Shown here: piece after piece, positions 27,868-37,452 of the stretch
How positions within the stretch are numbered: position 1 is the stretch's first letter
How the letters are laid out: the number at the start of each line of letters is the position of its first letter
Source: a virus
Direction: 5' to 3' (one strand)
DNA: 64,000 nt
Virus record (IMG/VR): IMGVR_UViG_3300025266_000005
Span: 3,708-67,707 of that record
Position numbers and translations under genes: made by a program
The notes under the pieces: model-generated
The model's database searches: none
Told to the model about the DNA's origin: nothing
What the model saw: the letters and a program-made list of their open reading frames with translations, nothing else

Positions 27868-28505
27868 TAGCGATATCCTGCGAATTGGTTGGATTGTTCT
27901 TTCATTGCTGATGCGGAACTGCTTTTTTCCCATGTACGTACACAGGCCTTCCAGTCCTTAACTTTTGTTTTTCCCCTAACCCAGCCATTAGCTTCGTAGT
28001 GGTCAAAGATTTGCTCAGGATCTAAACCGTTCTTTCTTTCCTCGCAGTAGTCCGCTATTTGCTCGATGGAAGGTTTTTTAAAAATGGGATTTTCTTTTTT
28101 ATTATTTTTCTTCTTAGATTCATTGACTGGTTCAGAAGAGTGACTGATTCTGGGTGCAGATTCTGCACTAGGGGTTGATGCAGATTCTGCACTACCCTGA
28201 TGCAGATATTGCACCACCCCTGATGCAGATAATTCACTAGGTTTAAGTGTTAATTGATAAATGTTTGAAGTGTTACCTTTATCTGTTTTTCTGCGCTTAA
28301 TAATCAGGAAACCGTCAGTTTCAAGTTGTTTTATATGCTCAATTGCTGCACGTTTTGATATTTCACATTGGTCAGCAATATGCTGGTAACTAGGAAAGCA
28401 CTGGCCTTTGTCATTTGCATTATCTGCAAGCTTTAAAAGAACTAGCTTCCTGGTTGAACTGCCGACCTTTTGTTGCATTGCAGAAACCATTAACATCATG
28501 CTCAT
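27867..28505 (-). CDS. Replication initiator (lambda O-like, HTH)
   Basis: KLVLLKLAD...CFPSYQHIA HTH; C-terminal FDHYEANGW...DWKACVRTWE; internal iterons. Confidence 0.85.
   Translation of the reverse strand: MSMMLMVSAMQQKVGSSTRKLVLLKLADNANDKGQCFPSYQHIADQCEISKRAAIEHIKQLETDGFLIIKRRKTDKGNTSNIYQLTLKPSELSASGVVQYLHQGSAESASTPSAESAPRISHSSEPVNESKKKNNKKENPIFKKPSIEQIADYCEERKNGLDPEQIFDHYEANGWVRGKTKVKDWKACVRTWEKSSSASAMKEQSNQFAGYR
28155..28237. repeat. Replication origin iterons (4 copies, TGCAGATTCTGCAC consensus)
   Basis: Copies start at 28155, 28179, 28201 and 28224, adjacent to an AT-rich tract at ~28075-28115. Confidence 0.8.
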
Positions 28506-29041
28506 TGGTAGCGCCCCTTTATTACGCCCCAATTAATGCCGCAAAAGTATTTAATAACCTTGCTTGGTGAGTCGCATTTAAGGCAGGCTTTATGCATGTG
28601 ATCGCATAGCTGATCAACGTCTAATTTCGGTAAGAAATTAATACGAATGCTGTTTTTAAATTCCTCTGTAAAGCAGCGATCAGGATAGTAAGTTTCAAAT
28701 ACTTCCTCGATTTTATTTATGTCTTTTGTAGCTCGGCGCTTTACTGCAGCTTTAAGTTTTTTAAACTCTTTTAACTGCTCTTCTTTTTCACGCTGTAACT
28801 CTGCTTTCTCATTAATGGTTTGAGGGATTGAAGTTAAAAGCCGATCTGATTTACCACGGTTACAATCAAAGCAAGCAGTGATTAAGTTATCAATATCGTT
28901 TTCACCGCCTTTAGATACTGGCTCAATGTGATCAATCTCAAGAACTGAACCAGGTGGCTTCCCACCACAGTAAGCGCATGTAAAATCATCCCGTTTAAAA
29001 ACATCAAAACGGATTTTTTTACTTAATGATTTTCTGCTCAA
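28502..29041 (-). CDS. HNH endonuclease
   Basis: RDDFTCAYCG...IDHIEPVSKGG...NLITACFDCNRGK. Confidence 0.9.
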   Translation of the reverse strand: MSRKSLSKKIRFDVFKRDDFTCAYCGGKPPGSVLEIDHIEPVSKGGENDIDNLITACFDCNRGKSDRLLTSIPQTINEKAELQREKEEQLKEFKKLKAAVKRRATKDINKIEEVFETYYPDRCFTEEFKNSIRINFLPKLDVDQLCDHMHKACLKCDSPSKVIKYFCGINWGVIKGRYQ

Positions 29042-29373
29042 GCTGCATCCTCCGATAAGCGGTAATTACTCATGTCGTACTTTTCCACTTGATCAGGCCA
29101 ATACTTCTTGGCATGCTCCCAGGCCGCTATAAAGGTTCTAACGACAATCTCGAACTCACTATCAGGTGTGCGTTTATCTTCTGGGAAGCCTGCTTTTTTA
29201 AGGTTCTTAAGCTCCATCAAGGCCACTCTTGCAGGCGTTCTGTATTTATGAAGCTCAAAGGCTTTCTCAAGCGGTAAGCGCTCAATAGCGAACTCAAGGG
29301 ATTGCTCAGCAATGCATCTGGTTTCAGGTTTTACAACCAGTCGCATGTATTCATTTATGTCGAATCTCATCAA
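29038..29373 (-). CDS. Hypothetical protein
   Basis: Overlap-coupled ORF in the early right operon. Confidence 0.55.
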   Translation of the reverse strand: MMRFDINEYMRLVVKPETRCIAEQSLEFAIERLPLEKAFELHKYRTPARVALMELKNLKKAGFPEDKRTPDSEFEIVVRTFIAAWEHAKKYWPDQVEKYDMSNYRLSEDAA

Positions 29374-29822
29374 ACAGCCCTCACCAACTTGCCAGCTTCC
29401 TGCTGATGAATAGCCAGCTTTAAATGCTCGCAGGCTTTCTCAATTCGGTTTAACTGGCTAATGCAGTCTGCTTTCTCACGTTCTGTGTACTTACCATCTG
29501 CCTCAGCCTCGGTAATGATGTGAGCCATTGATCCCAATTCGTGCGTGATATGCAGAAGGGATTCAGTAACGCCCCGCTCAGTCGCTCCGGCGCGCTTTTC
29601 AGCCAGTCTCATAGCATTGTTAATGCGATAGTCGTCTGCGGTGTTTTGCAGGGTTATAAGCTGTTCAGGGGAGAAATGAGAGTTATCAGAAGTTGGGCAG
29701 GCTTTGTTACGCATAACCTGCTCACTGATACCCATTAAGGCTGCAAGCTCACGAAAAGCGCCGTTCTTACCGCCCTTGTATTCGTGTGTCGTGCTCCAGA
29801 TTGCTAACTTAACTTGATTCAT
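29370..29822 (-). CDS. CII-like regulatory protein
   Basis: HTH (ELAALMGISEQVMRNK) and ADGKYTERE motif; position after cro. Confidence 0.7.
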   Translation of the reverse strand: MNQVKLAIWSTTHEYKGGKNGAFRELAALMGISEQVMRNKACPTSDNSHFSPEQLITLQNTADDYRINNAMRLAEKRAGATERGVTESLLHITHELGSMAHIITEAEADGKYTEREKADCISQLNRIEKACEHLKLAIHQQEAGKLVRAV

Positions 29823-29916
29823 TGTTTGAACTCCTGGAACTTAAATATTTTTTTCTTGTCATGGCTCGGTTAATCTGGAGTCATGGATAAATCAGCTTTC
29901 AAAAACGCATCAGGCA

Positions 29917-29944
29917 CAAAAAAAGCCCACCCGAAGGTGAGCTG
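29917..29944 (-). terminator. tR1-like terminator after cro
   Basis: GCTCACC-TTCG-GGTGGGC followed by TTTTTTT. Confidence 0.85.
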
Positions 29945-30142
29945 TTATGCGGCTGATTTATTTGTTTTTGCGTGCTCGTCAAACATCAGTGATATTGCAT
30001 CCGAAGTCGATGCCTTCATGTCGGAATGCTTGTTAGTGAGGATTCGAGATATAGTTGCTTGCGACACACCAACGCGCTCGGCTATGTCACCCTGCTTTAA
30101 CCCCAAATCAACCAATGCTTTAAGTTTTTGTTTTGCGTTCAT
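29945..30142 (-). CDS. cro: Cro-like repressor
   Basis: 65-aa HTH (KQGDIAERVGVSQATISRIL) divergent from cI. Confidence 0.85.
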   Translation of the reverse strand: MNAKQKLKALVDLGLKQGDIAERVGVSQATISRILTNKHSDMKASTSDAISLMFDEHAKTNKSAA

Positions 30143-30148
30143 GGGGAA

Positions 30149-30220
30149 AATATATACGTTTATGTATATAGTGTCAATACGAATACGTTGCTATTTTGTA
30201 TTTATACGGCAACGTATAAT
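30149..30220. promoter_or_regulatory. OR region: PR (minus; TTGACA 30172-30177, 17 bp, TATATT 30149-30154), PRM-like -10 TATAAT 30215-30220, operators TATACG-N4-CGTATA at 30153-30168 and 30203-30218, degenerate copy at 30176-30191
   Basis: Direct reading of palindromes and sigma70 hexamers. Confidence 0.8.
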
Positions 30221-30226
30221 CAATGC

Positions 30227-30877
30227 ATGACCGCATTTAAAGACAATCTTGATAAGTTAATGACAGAGAAAGGGCTATCTCAATATGCTCTTGCTAAAAT
30301 ATCAGGCGTTCCACAGCCCACTATTCAACGGGCATTAAAAGGCAGTAACCCCAGACAAGATACTGTTCAAAAGCTGGCTAAAGCTTTAGGCCGATCTTCA
30401 TCAGAGTTAATTGGTGATTTAATAGAGGGTGAATCAAGTAATATTGATGGGTTAACCGACGCCTACAGGTTTAAGCCAATACCTATTATTTCGTGGGTAA
30501 AAGCTGGTCAATTCTGCGAGTCACCGGACATGTTTGAGCCGGGTGATGCTGATGGGTGGGTTCCAGTGAGCGCCAAAGGTGCAGGGCCTAATACTTATGC
30601 GCTAAAAGTAGTTGGTGACTCAATGACTTCTTCAAACCCAGATGGAGCCACATACCCTGAAGGTTTCATAATTATCATTGATCCAGACCAAGAAGTGTTG
30701 CCAGGTATGCGTGGGATATTCAAAATACCCGAAACCAACGAGGCCACCTTCAAAGAGCTAATGCATGACGCTGGAAAATTGTATTTAAAACCTCTAAACA
30801 CAAGGCATCCGCTTATCCCTGTTAATGACGAAATGGTTGTTTGTGGGAAGGTAATTGGGTCCTATAGACCGGAATGA
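30227..30877 (+). CDS. cI: CI-like repressor (HTH plus S24 peptidase)
   Basis: HTH, VKAG cleavage site, GDSM serine and TFK lysine; likely start MTAFKD at 30227. Confidence 0.9.
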   Translation: MTAFKDNLDKLMTEKGLSQYALAKISGVPQPTIQRALKGSNPRQDTVQKLAKALGRSSSELIGDLIEGESSNIDGLTDAYRFKPIPIISWVKAGQFCESPDMFEPGDADGWVPVSAKGAGPNTYALKVVGDSMTSSNPDGATYPEGFIIIIDPDQEVLPGMRGIFKIPETNEATFKELMHDAGKLYLKPLNTRHPLIPVNDEMVVCGKVIGSYRPE

Positions 30878-31833
30878 TAATCAAGGATTAGATTATTAAT
30901 ATCTAACTTATTTAGATTAAAAGTGTATTCATGGCTTTCTTTTGAACCGGCGTAATAATTTTCATAAAAATTAACCCTTATCCTCATTGTCGAGGATTTT
31001 GATATTTTCTCCTCAAGTGAGCCGTTTGATTGGATCATTAACCTGCTTTCTTCGCCAACGCCTGTCAGAGAGTAACCCGAAATTCTAGAGGTATAGTGTT
31101 GTGAATCATATATTGCAAGGTATTTTTCGTATGGGTTGTCATCAAATTTTATTGCAAGCATGCATTGATGAATGCAAAGAAAATCTTCTTTGATTATTGC
31201 CCTGCCGAGTGATAATAAAACATCCCTTGCGCCATTTTTATCTACAAAAATAATCCTCGCCCGGTCAATCTCATTATAATCATCCGCCGCGTAATCGAGA
31301 TACACAGTTTCATTACTTCTTATCGAAACTTCAACTTCATCATTCATGTTTTTCTGAATTAATGGATCTCTTCTTAAATGCCTGCTGACATCAAACTGAC
31401 CGACATTAAATATTAAGTCCACATCCCGAAGATCGTCTGAATCAACATTAACAGATAGTATTTTTGACTCATAGATTAATTTTTCAATTAATCCATTGGA
31501 TTTTATGTTGATCACTAATTCCCCAGACCTTAATTGCATCGCTGACGAGGAAAAATAAACTGTCTTTTTATTATCAAACTGTAGATTAACTTGGCAAGGA
31601 TCACCGCAATTTACACCGTACGTGGAGCCAGGTTCATAGACTCTAATCGTTATGTCGTTGTTATAATCGTTAACAAAAATACTGGACTTAACGCCCTCAT
31701 TTGTCGCGTCGATTGATACGCTAATATTTTCGTTTTGTCTGACAGTCCAGTCGTCAATCGTAATTTCTTTGTATTCGCCTGCAAAAGCGGGACATAAGAA
31801 TACAGATAATAAAAATGCACTCCGTTTTTTCAT
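30862..31833 (-). CDS. Exported protein with internal duplication, in the immunity region (accessory)
   Basis: Signal peptide MKKRSAFLLSVFLCPAFA; AT-rich; two similar halves. Confidence 0.6.
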   Translation of the reverse strand: MKKRSAFLLSVFLCPAFAGEYKEITIDDWTVRQNENISVSIDATNEGVKSSIFVNDYNNDITIRVYEPGSTYGVNCGDPCQVNLQFDNKKTVYFSSSAMQLRSGELVINIKSNGLIEKLIYESKILSVNVDSDDLRDVDLIFNVGQFDVSRHLRRDPLIQKNMNDEVEVSIRSNETVYLDYAADDYNEIDRARIIFVDKNGARDVLLSLGRAIIKEDFLCIHQCMLAIKFDDNPYEKYLAIYDSQHYTSRISGYSLTGVGEESRLMIQSNGSLEEKISKSSTMRIRVNFYENYYAGSKESHEYTFNLNKLDINNLILDYHSGL

Positions 31834-31946
31834 TCATCAATCCTCACTCAATACAGCCAAAGACAAACCACACGCAGCTATTACCATACCACTGCAATAA
31901 ATAATTATCCCGCCCTGCGGGTTATTTATTGCATATATGAAATTTA

Positions 31947-31990
31947 TATACGTTTCCGTATTGACATATGTATACGTTTGCGTATATTAT
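31947..31990 (+). promoter_or_regulatory. OL/PL: TTGACA 31961-31966, -10 TATATT/TATTAT 31983-31990, operators at 31947-31962 and 31971-31986
   Basis: Same TATACG-N4-CGTATW palindrome as in OR. Confidence 0.8.
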
Positions 31991-32142
31991 TCTCCCAACA
32001 GTCACCGAAACGCAGGCAATGACGAGTGTGAGCCGAAGCATCCTGCAAAACGTAAGACTCAGCGGTTTCGGTTGACAGGCTTAAGCCCCAAGGCAACGCC
32101 GGTCAGGACTGAAACCAACAACGGTTACGGGAGCAAAACAAC

Positions 32143-32313
32143 ATGAAGTCAGCAAAGATTTATCCAACATACAAAGTCGGTGATTGTTCTACCGAATATC
32201 CAGCGGCTAGACCTCCTAAAACATTGCTTGAAATGGCTGGTGACGCACTCGCCTTAACTTCGTTTGCATGTCTGCTGTTTTATGTCGTTTGCAAATGGCT
32301 GGGGGTGCTGTGA
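32143..32313 (+). CDS. Small membrane-anchored protein, first gene of the PL operon
   Basis: 56 aa, GGGAG RBS, hydrophobic C-terminus, TGATG overlap with the next gene; below the ORF-track cutoff. Confidence 0.45.
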   Translation: MKSAKIYPTYKVGDCSTEYPAARPPKTLLEMAGDALALTSFACLLFYVVCKWLGVL

Positions 32314-33701
32314 TGGGTTCTGCTGCTTTTGCAAATATAGACTCAACCGGCTTTACCGAAGATATGGACATCAATCTTGGTGGTGAAGATTTCCCTGCAA
32401 TTGTTACTTATAACAGCGGTGATGATTTAGAGGTCACTAAGGTTCACTTCTGCGTTATCGGCAATGTTTGGGCTGTTCTGGATGATGAATATACAGATTC
32501 AGTTAGAGAGCAGCTAGAAGCGTTTCTGCTGGCACGCAAAGAAGAAGCAAAACTTGATCGCCGTATCGAAGCTTTGGAATCAAGAAAAGGAGATTTGTGA
32601 TGGGCGATATGGGCGACATATTTAGAGATATGAAAGAGGCTAAAAAAGAACGCAAAGAAAAGCGTTTAAAAAATGCTGATGACACAGGCTGGAGCAAACA
32701 CACCACCTATCACTGGTACAGAGAAACACCAAGAGGACGCCTAAGTTATTGGCCTTCAACAGGCCTGTGCATGCTGAACGGTAAGCGTCACAACATACGT
32801 GGCAAGTACATCAAAAACCTGCTTGAAAAGCTAAACGCTGCCGACGAACTGGCAGCTACCAAAATTTATGAGGGGCTTTGATATGGAAACTTACAACAGG
32901 CCAACCGACGAGCAGAGAGATTTGGCTTATAAGCAGGTGGCAGAGATAGCAAGCAAGAACGGCTTAATCTCCCAAGCTTTTGGCGGGTTGATGGTCGTTA
33001 TGCACCCAGATGCACAAAAAGATGCTGGATCAGAGGACTTAATTTTGTACACGGCTGGGCTTGGCCCGCACCCGAGCAAGATTAATAAAACTGGAGATAA
33101 ATCATGACCACCAGCAATGCCGATTTACCGGCCATGCCAAACCAAGTGAATGGCGGTGATTTGTACGGAGGCTTAACTAAGCGTGAGCAAGCAGCTATCC
33201 ACATGATGGCCGCCAGAAGAATTGCCAATCCGCTAAGTAATAGATGGGATATAGCGAAAGACGCTGTACATGATGCCAACGCATTATTCGCAGAACTGGA
33301 AAAACAACCATGAAAACCTACTGCTCAGAAGAAATGGTTGGCTATCCAGAAATAGTGGAATGGGTTCCTGCTGATGTGGCTCGGGAGTTGTATTCAGCGC
33401 TTTACAGTGTGCACTCAGAAGCTAAATCAGAGTTTGCAATGTATCGATCGAGCGATATCGGTGTTGAGGTTGAGCAAGCGCTCAGAAAAGCCTGCAACAA
33501 ATGACCACCACAAAACGCGACCTAGGACTTTTAGCAGCAATATTTTTAGGAATAGCTATGGCAGAACCTACTTTAGAGAAACAAGCAGAACCATTACCCG
33601 GCGCAGGTGAAAAAACAAACCTGGCCTTTTATGAGATTTTCGGAAATTTGGATAACCAGGAAGGAGTTAGTGATGAACGCACCAGCCAAAACGAACAATA
33701 A
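32313..33701 (+). CDS. Run of small overlap-coupled hypothetical early genes (32313-32600, 32597-32881, 32868-33107, 33104-33313, 33310-33504, 33501-33701)
   Basis: ATGA/GTGA overlaps and RBS motifs; no recognised families. Confidence 0.55.
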
Positions 33702-34524
33702 AGACAGTTCACCGGCAATACATAAAGAGCAGCTTATTGCCGTTCTTGGCCAGTCACTTTATGTCGGCGTTAAAAGTGAATCAATATCAATGATTATTGA
33801 TTACTGCAATGCCGCTGGACTTGATGTGATGCAAAAGCCAGTACATGCCGTGCCAATGAACACTAAAAACCCAGTGAGTGGCAATTATGAATGGCGTGAT
33901 GTGGTTATGCCAGGTATCGGCCTTTACCGTATCCAAGCTGACCGCTCAAAAAACATGGCTGGTATCAGTGAGCCTGAGTTTGGTCCAATCGTCACTAAAA
34001 CGCTAACCGATAAAAACGGTAATGCGGTTGAGGTTTCATTTCCTGAGTGGTGCAAGGTTACAGCTCACAAATTAGTAGGCGATCAAATCGTTTCCTTTGT
34101 GGCCAAAGAATACTGGGAAGAAAACTATGCCACCGACTCGGGCAAATCAACAGCGCCAAATGCTATGTGGCGTAAACGTCCACGCGGACAGATTGCGAAA
34201 TGTACCGAAGCCCAAGCATTACGTAAAGGTTGGCCAGAAGTTGGGGCAGCACCTACTGCTGAGGAAATGGAAGGTAAAACGCTTGACGCTGAATACACCG
34301 TAGTTGATGACCGCAAAGCGGTAAATCATCAGCCTCAGGAATTGCCTGTATACGAAGCGAAACGCTTTGATGCCAATTTCCCTAAATACAGCAAAGCGAT
34401 TGCTGAAGGCACGCAAACCGCCTATGAAATCATCGCCCTTATCGAAAGCAAGTACACCATGAATGACGATCAAAAACAGGTGTACATCGACCTTGAAGCA
34501 GATATCAAAGGAGAACAACCATGA
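33673..34524 (+). CDS. bet: Phage recombination protein Bet (RecT/Redbeta-like annealase)
   Basis: GLDVMQKPVHAV, GIGLYRIQA, MWRKRPRGQIAKCTEAQALRKGWP and TAEEM motifs. Confidence 0.85.
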   Translation: MNAPAKTNNKDSSPAIHKEQLIAVLGQSLYVGVKSESISMIIDYCNAAGLDVMQKPVHAVPMNTKNPVSGNYEWRDVVMPGIGLYRIQADRSKNMAGISEPEFGPIVTKTLTDKNGNAVEVSFPEWCKVTAHKLVGDQIVSFVAKEYWEENYATDSGKSTAPNAMWRKRPRGQIAKCTEAQALRKGWPEVGAAPTAEEMEGKTLDAEYTVVDDRKAVNHQPQELPVYEAKRFDANFPKYSKAIAEGTQTAYEIIALIESKYTMNDDQKQVYIDLEADIKGEQP

Positions 34525-36215
34525 TCGTAATTAAGCAACAGCAAGGCTCGGAAGAATGGAAAGCCGATCGCCACCTTCACCGTAACGCGTCAGAAGCATC
34601 AATGATTATGGGTGTGCATCCTAATGTGAAACGTGACGAACTACTTCACATGAAAGCAACAGCAACCGACCAAGAGTTTTCAGATTTTGTACAAAAGTAT
34701 GTACTTGATCGTGGTCATGAAGTCGAGGCTATTGCCCGCCCTATCATAGAAGACCGTATTGAAGATGAGTTATTCCCAATGGTTGGCAAAACCGATGACG
34801 AATACCTTTATTCAAGTTTTGATGGTTTGAATTTTGACCGGTCTATCGTATGGGAATGTAAGCAGTGGAACAAGCAGAAAGCCGTTGACGTAAGCAATCA
34901 AATCGTGCCTGAGTGCGATTACTGGCAAGTGGTGCAGGAAATGGAAGTGTCCGGCGCTGAGCTGGCTATTTACACCGTATCTGATGGTACAGAAGAAAAT
35001 ACGATTAGCGTTGAAATGAAATACAGCTTTGATGACGTGAAAAAGCTTTATGCCGCCTGGAAACAGTTTGATGAAGATTTAGAAGCCTACAAAACCAAAC
35101 TAGCCAATGGCGAAATCAAGCAGACGGTTCAGGCGCAGTCTGAGGTTATTCGCGACCTACCTGCTATCACGTACAAAATGAATGGGCTGGCACTGCAAAG
35201 CGATTTAACAGTATTCAAAACACAAGCCAAAAAGTTGATTGAAAAATCACAGGAATCGCTTGTAACGGATAATGATTTTGCAACAGCTGCGACACTGGTT
35301 AAAACCTTTTCAGACGCTGAAACAAAGATTAAAGCCTTATCTGAACAGGTCATTGGCGAGGTATCGGATATTGATGCGTTTATCAAAGACCTGAAACAAA
35401 TTGGCGAGGAAATCCGTCAGGCACGTTTAGCGACCGACAAAAAGGTCACATCTGAAAAAGAGCGTCGCCGTCAGGAAATCATCAACAAAGCACAGCATGA
35501 CCTGAATAATCACATTCAGACTCAGCAGGCTAAGTTAGATGGTTATACCCTGCCCGTTTACAACACTGATTTTGCTGGAGCTATGAAGGGCAAAAAAACA
35601 ATTGAGTCTCTGCAATCAGCAGCTAATGACTGCCTGGCTAATGCAAAAATTGCCATCAGTCAGCAAGCCGATGAAGGTGCTGCGAACCTGAAAGTCTTTA
35701 ACGAGTTAGCGGTTGATCACAAATTCTTATTTGCAGACCTGCAGCAGAACTTATTCAAACCGGCCGATGATTTTACGGCAATGGTTAAGTCTCGCATTGC
35801 TGACCATAAAGAAGCCGAAGAAAAACGCCTTGAAGCAGAGCGTGAACGTATTCGGCAGGAAGAAGCTGCAAAGGCGGCTCGACGTGCAGAAGCTGAGCTA
35901 CTTGAAGCTGAATACACCAGCAAGCCAGCACAGGCGGCAGTGAAAGCCAGCGAAAAGCCAGCACTAAAGCAACAGGTTAATGCCGTGATGGATAACAAGA
36001 AGTCTGGCGGCGAATTAAGCGGCATTGTTAATGCTGATTTACTTGATGCTGAAATCAATTCAATCGTCCGGTACATGACAGAGGAAGGTTATCCACTCAA
36101 GCACCTTAAAGCTATCGCCTCAATCGTCTACGCCTTCAACGAATCAGAAGAATCAGAAAAAGAGATTTTCGCTTTCGCTGACAGCATTAAGAAAAAGTAT
36201 GGGGTGGCAGCATGA
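34521..36215 (+). CDS. YqaJ/lambda-exonuclease family protein with long coiled-coil extension
   Basis: QGSEEW...ASEA, GHEVE, SFDG, WECK and YWQVVQ motifs. Confidence 0.85.
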   Translation: MIVIKQQQGSEEWKADRHLHRNASEASMIMGVHPNVKRDELLHMKATATDQEFSDFVQKYVLDRGHEVEAIARPIIEDRIEDELFPMVGKTDDEYLYSSFDGLNFDRSIVWECKQWNKQKAVDVSNQIVPECDYWQVVQEMEVSGAELAIYTVSDGTEENTISVEMKYSFDDVKKLYAAWKQFDEDLEAYKTKLANGEIKQTVQAQSEVIRDLPAITYKMNGLALQSDLTVFKTQAKKLIEKSQESLVTDNDFATAATLVKTFSDAETKIKALSEQVIGEVSDIDAFIKDLKQIGEEIRQARLATDKKVTSEKERRRQEIINKAQHDLNNHIQTQQAKLDGYTLPVYNTDFAGAMKGKKTIESLQSAANDCLANAKIAISQQADEGAANLKVFNELAVDHKFLFADLQQNLFKPADDFTAMVKSRIADHKEAEEKRLEAERERIRQEEAAKAARRAEAELLEAEYTSKPAQAAVKASEKPALKQQVNAVMDNKKSGGELSGIVNADLLDAEINSIVRYMTEEGYPLKHLKAIASIVYAFNESEESEKEIFAFADSIKKKYGVAA

Positions 36216-36798
36216 GCAACCAAATAAATCGCCCTGAATTCTTCATGGTTTGGAAAGAAGGTAGTGATAGAACAACGCCGACTTTCAAGCACCCTAATTA
36301 TCAGATCGCCTTAGAAGAATCTATTCGACTTACCAGAATGCATGGTGGCAAGTTCCATGTGCTTTGTCAGCTGGCAAGTGTTGAGCTTAATGACCTAAAG
36401 GTTACTGAGCTAAGCATTGATGAAATACCATTTTAGAGGTTGATATGAGCGAAAACAGCAACCAAGCCCCAACCTACTGCACTTACAAATACAAAGGCAA
36501 AAAGTATTCAAGAGATGACCTGGCAGCGCATTTAGGAATAAACAAAAACACCTTTCAATCATGGGTGTTGAGATACGGCCGGGTAAACGCAATAGCTATT
36601 GCTGAACTGCCTAAATCAGAACGTAAAGCAGAAATGCGGAGGCTGGTTAATAAAAGAAAGCCTGAAATGAAAAGCAAGATTGACCAGTTTGATATACCAA
36701 AACTTGACCCGTATTACGAAGAAAGGAACAGGCTTAAACACTGGATAAGACGATTCGGAGAAGAAGGAGCAATTGCAAAGGCAAGTTTGAGAATTTAA
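36212..36798 (+). CDS. Two hypothetical genes (36212-36436; 36445-36798, the latter HTH-like)
   Basis: PTFKH...ESIRL pattern; DDLAAHLGINKNTFQSW. Confidence 0.5.
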
Positions 36799-36869
36799 CC
36801 AAAACCCGATTAACAACCAGCCCCTTAAATGGGGCTAAAGGGTGTAAGGAATAATTAAGGAATAAGGCA

Positions 36870-37430
36870 ATGGCCTCACCAAATACAGCAAGAAAAGAAG
36901 TTACTAGCAGCAATGATTTATATAACACACCTATTGAGGCTTTAGAGGCTGCTTGGGCTGCTGGAATATTTGATCAATTCCGTCATTACCACGATCCATG
37001 CAACGGCTTGGGCGAAATAGCTAATTTTCTCAACACGCACGGGAAAAAATGCACTGCTGCCGACATCGTTGACTATCAAAACTTTGCACTTGTTGAGGAT
37101 TTTTTACTGACCAATACAGCACATCTTGCTTCTTGCTTGGTTTTTAATCCGCCATTCCTATTGACCGAAGAATTCATTGATCACGCCTTAACGCTTTGTG
37201 ATCACGTAATCATGTTTAACCGGGCAACAGTGCTGGAAACCAAAGATAGAAGCCGTAAGCACAATGAAAAGGAATGGCCGTTAAAAACATTCTATTCAAT
37301 GGCTAATCGGGTTTCATGCACGAAAGGCGTTGACCGTGAATATACAGCTAATAGCGTCTGGTATGGCTGGTATGTGTACGACAAAAACTATAAAGGCAAT
37401 CCAGAAATTAAATGGCTGTTTACGAAATGA
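36870..37430 (+). CDS. Small DNA amino-methyltransferase
   Basis: DLYNTP, DPCNGLG and FNPPF motifs. Confidence 0.75.
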   Translation: MASPNTARKEVTSSNDLYNTPIEALEAAWAAGIFDQFRHYHDPCNGLGEIANFLNTHGKKCTAADIVDYQNFALVEDFLLTNTAHLASCLVFNPPFLLTEEFIDHALTLCDHVIMFNRATVLETKDRSRKHNEKEWPLKTFYSMANRVSCTKGVDREYTANSVWYGWYVYDKNYKGNPEIKWLFTK

Positions 37431-37452
37431 ACGCACAACAAGGAATCAACTG

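Noticed and set aside
28155-28237. Mini CRISPR array
   Set aside because: Repeats are 14 bp with 8-10 bp gaps inside a replication gene, and there are no cas genes; these are iterons
30128-30226. N-terminal extension of cI given in the ORF track
   Set aside because: It runs through the operators and PR and overlaps cro; ATG 30227 fits the HTH start better
32001-32130. Self-cleaving ribozyme (hammerhead or twister) in the PL leader
   Set aside because: Core motifs such as CUGANGA with GAAA were not found in the required arrangement
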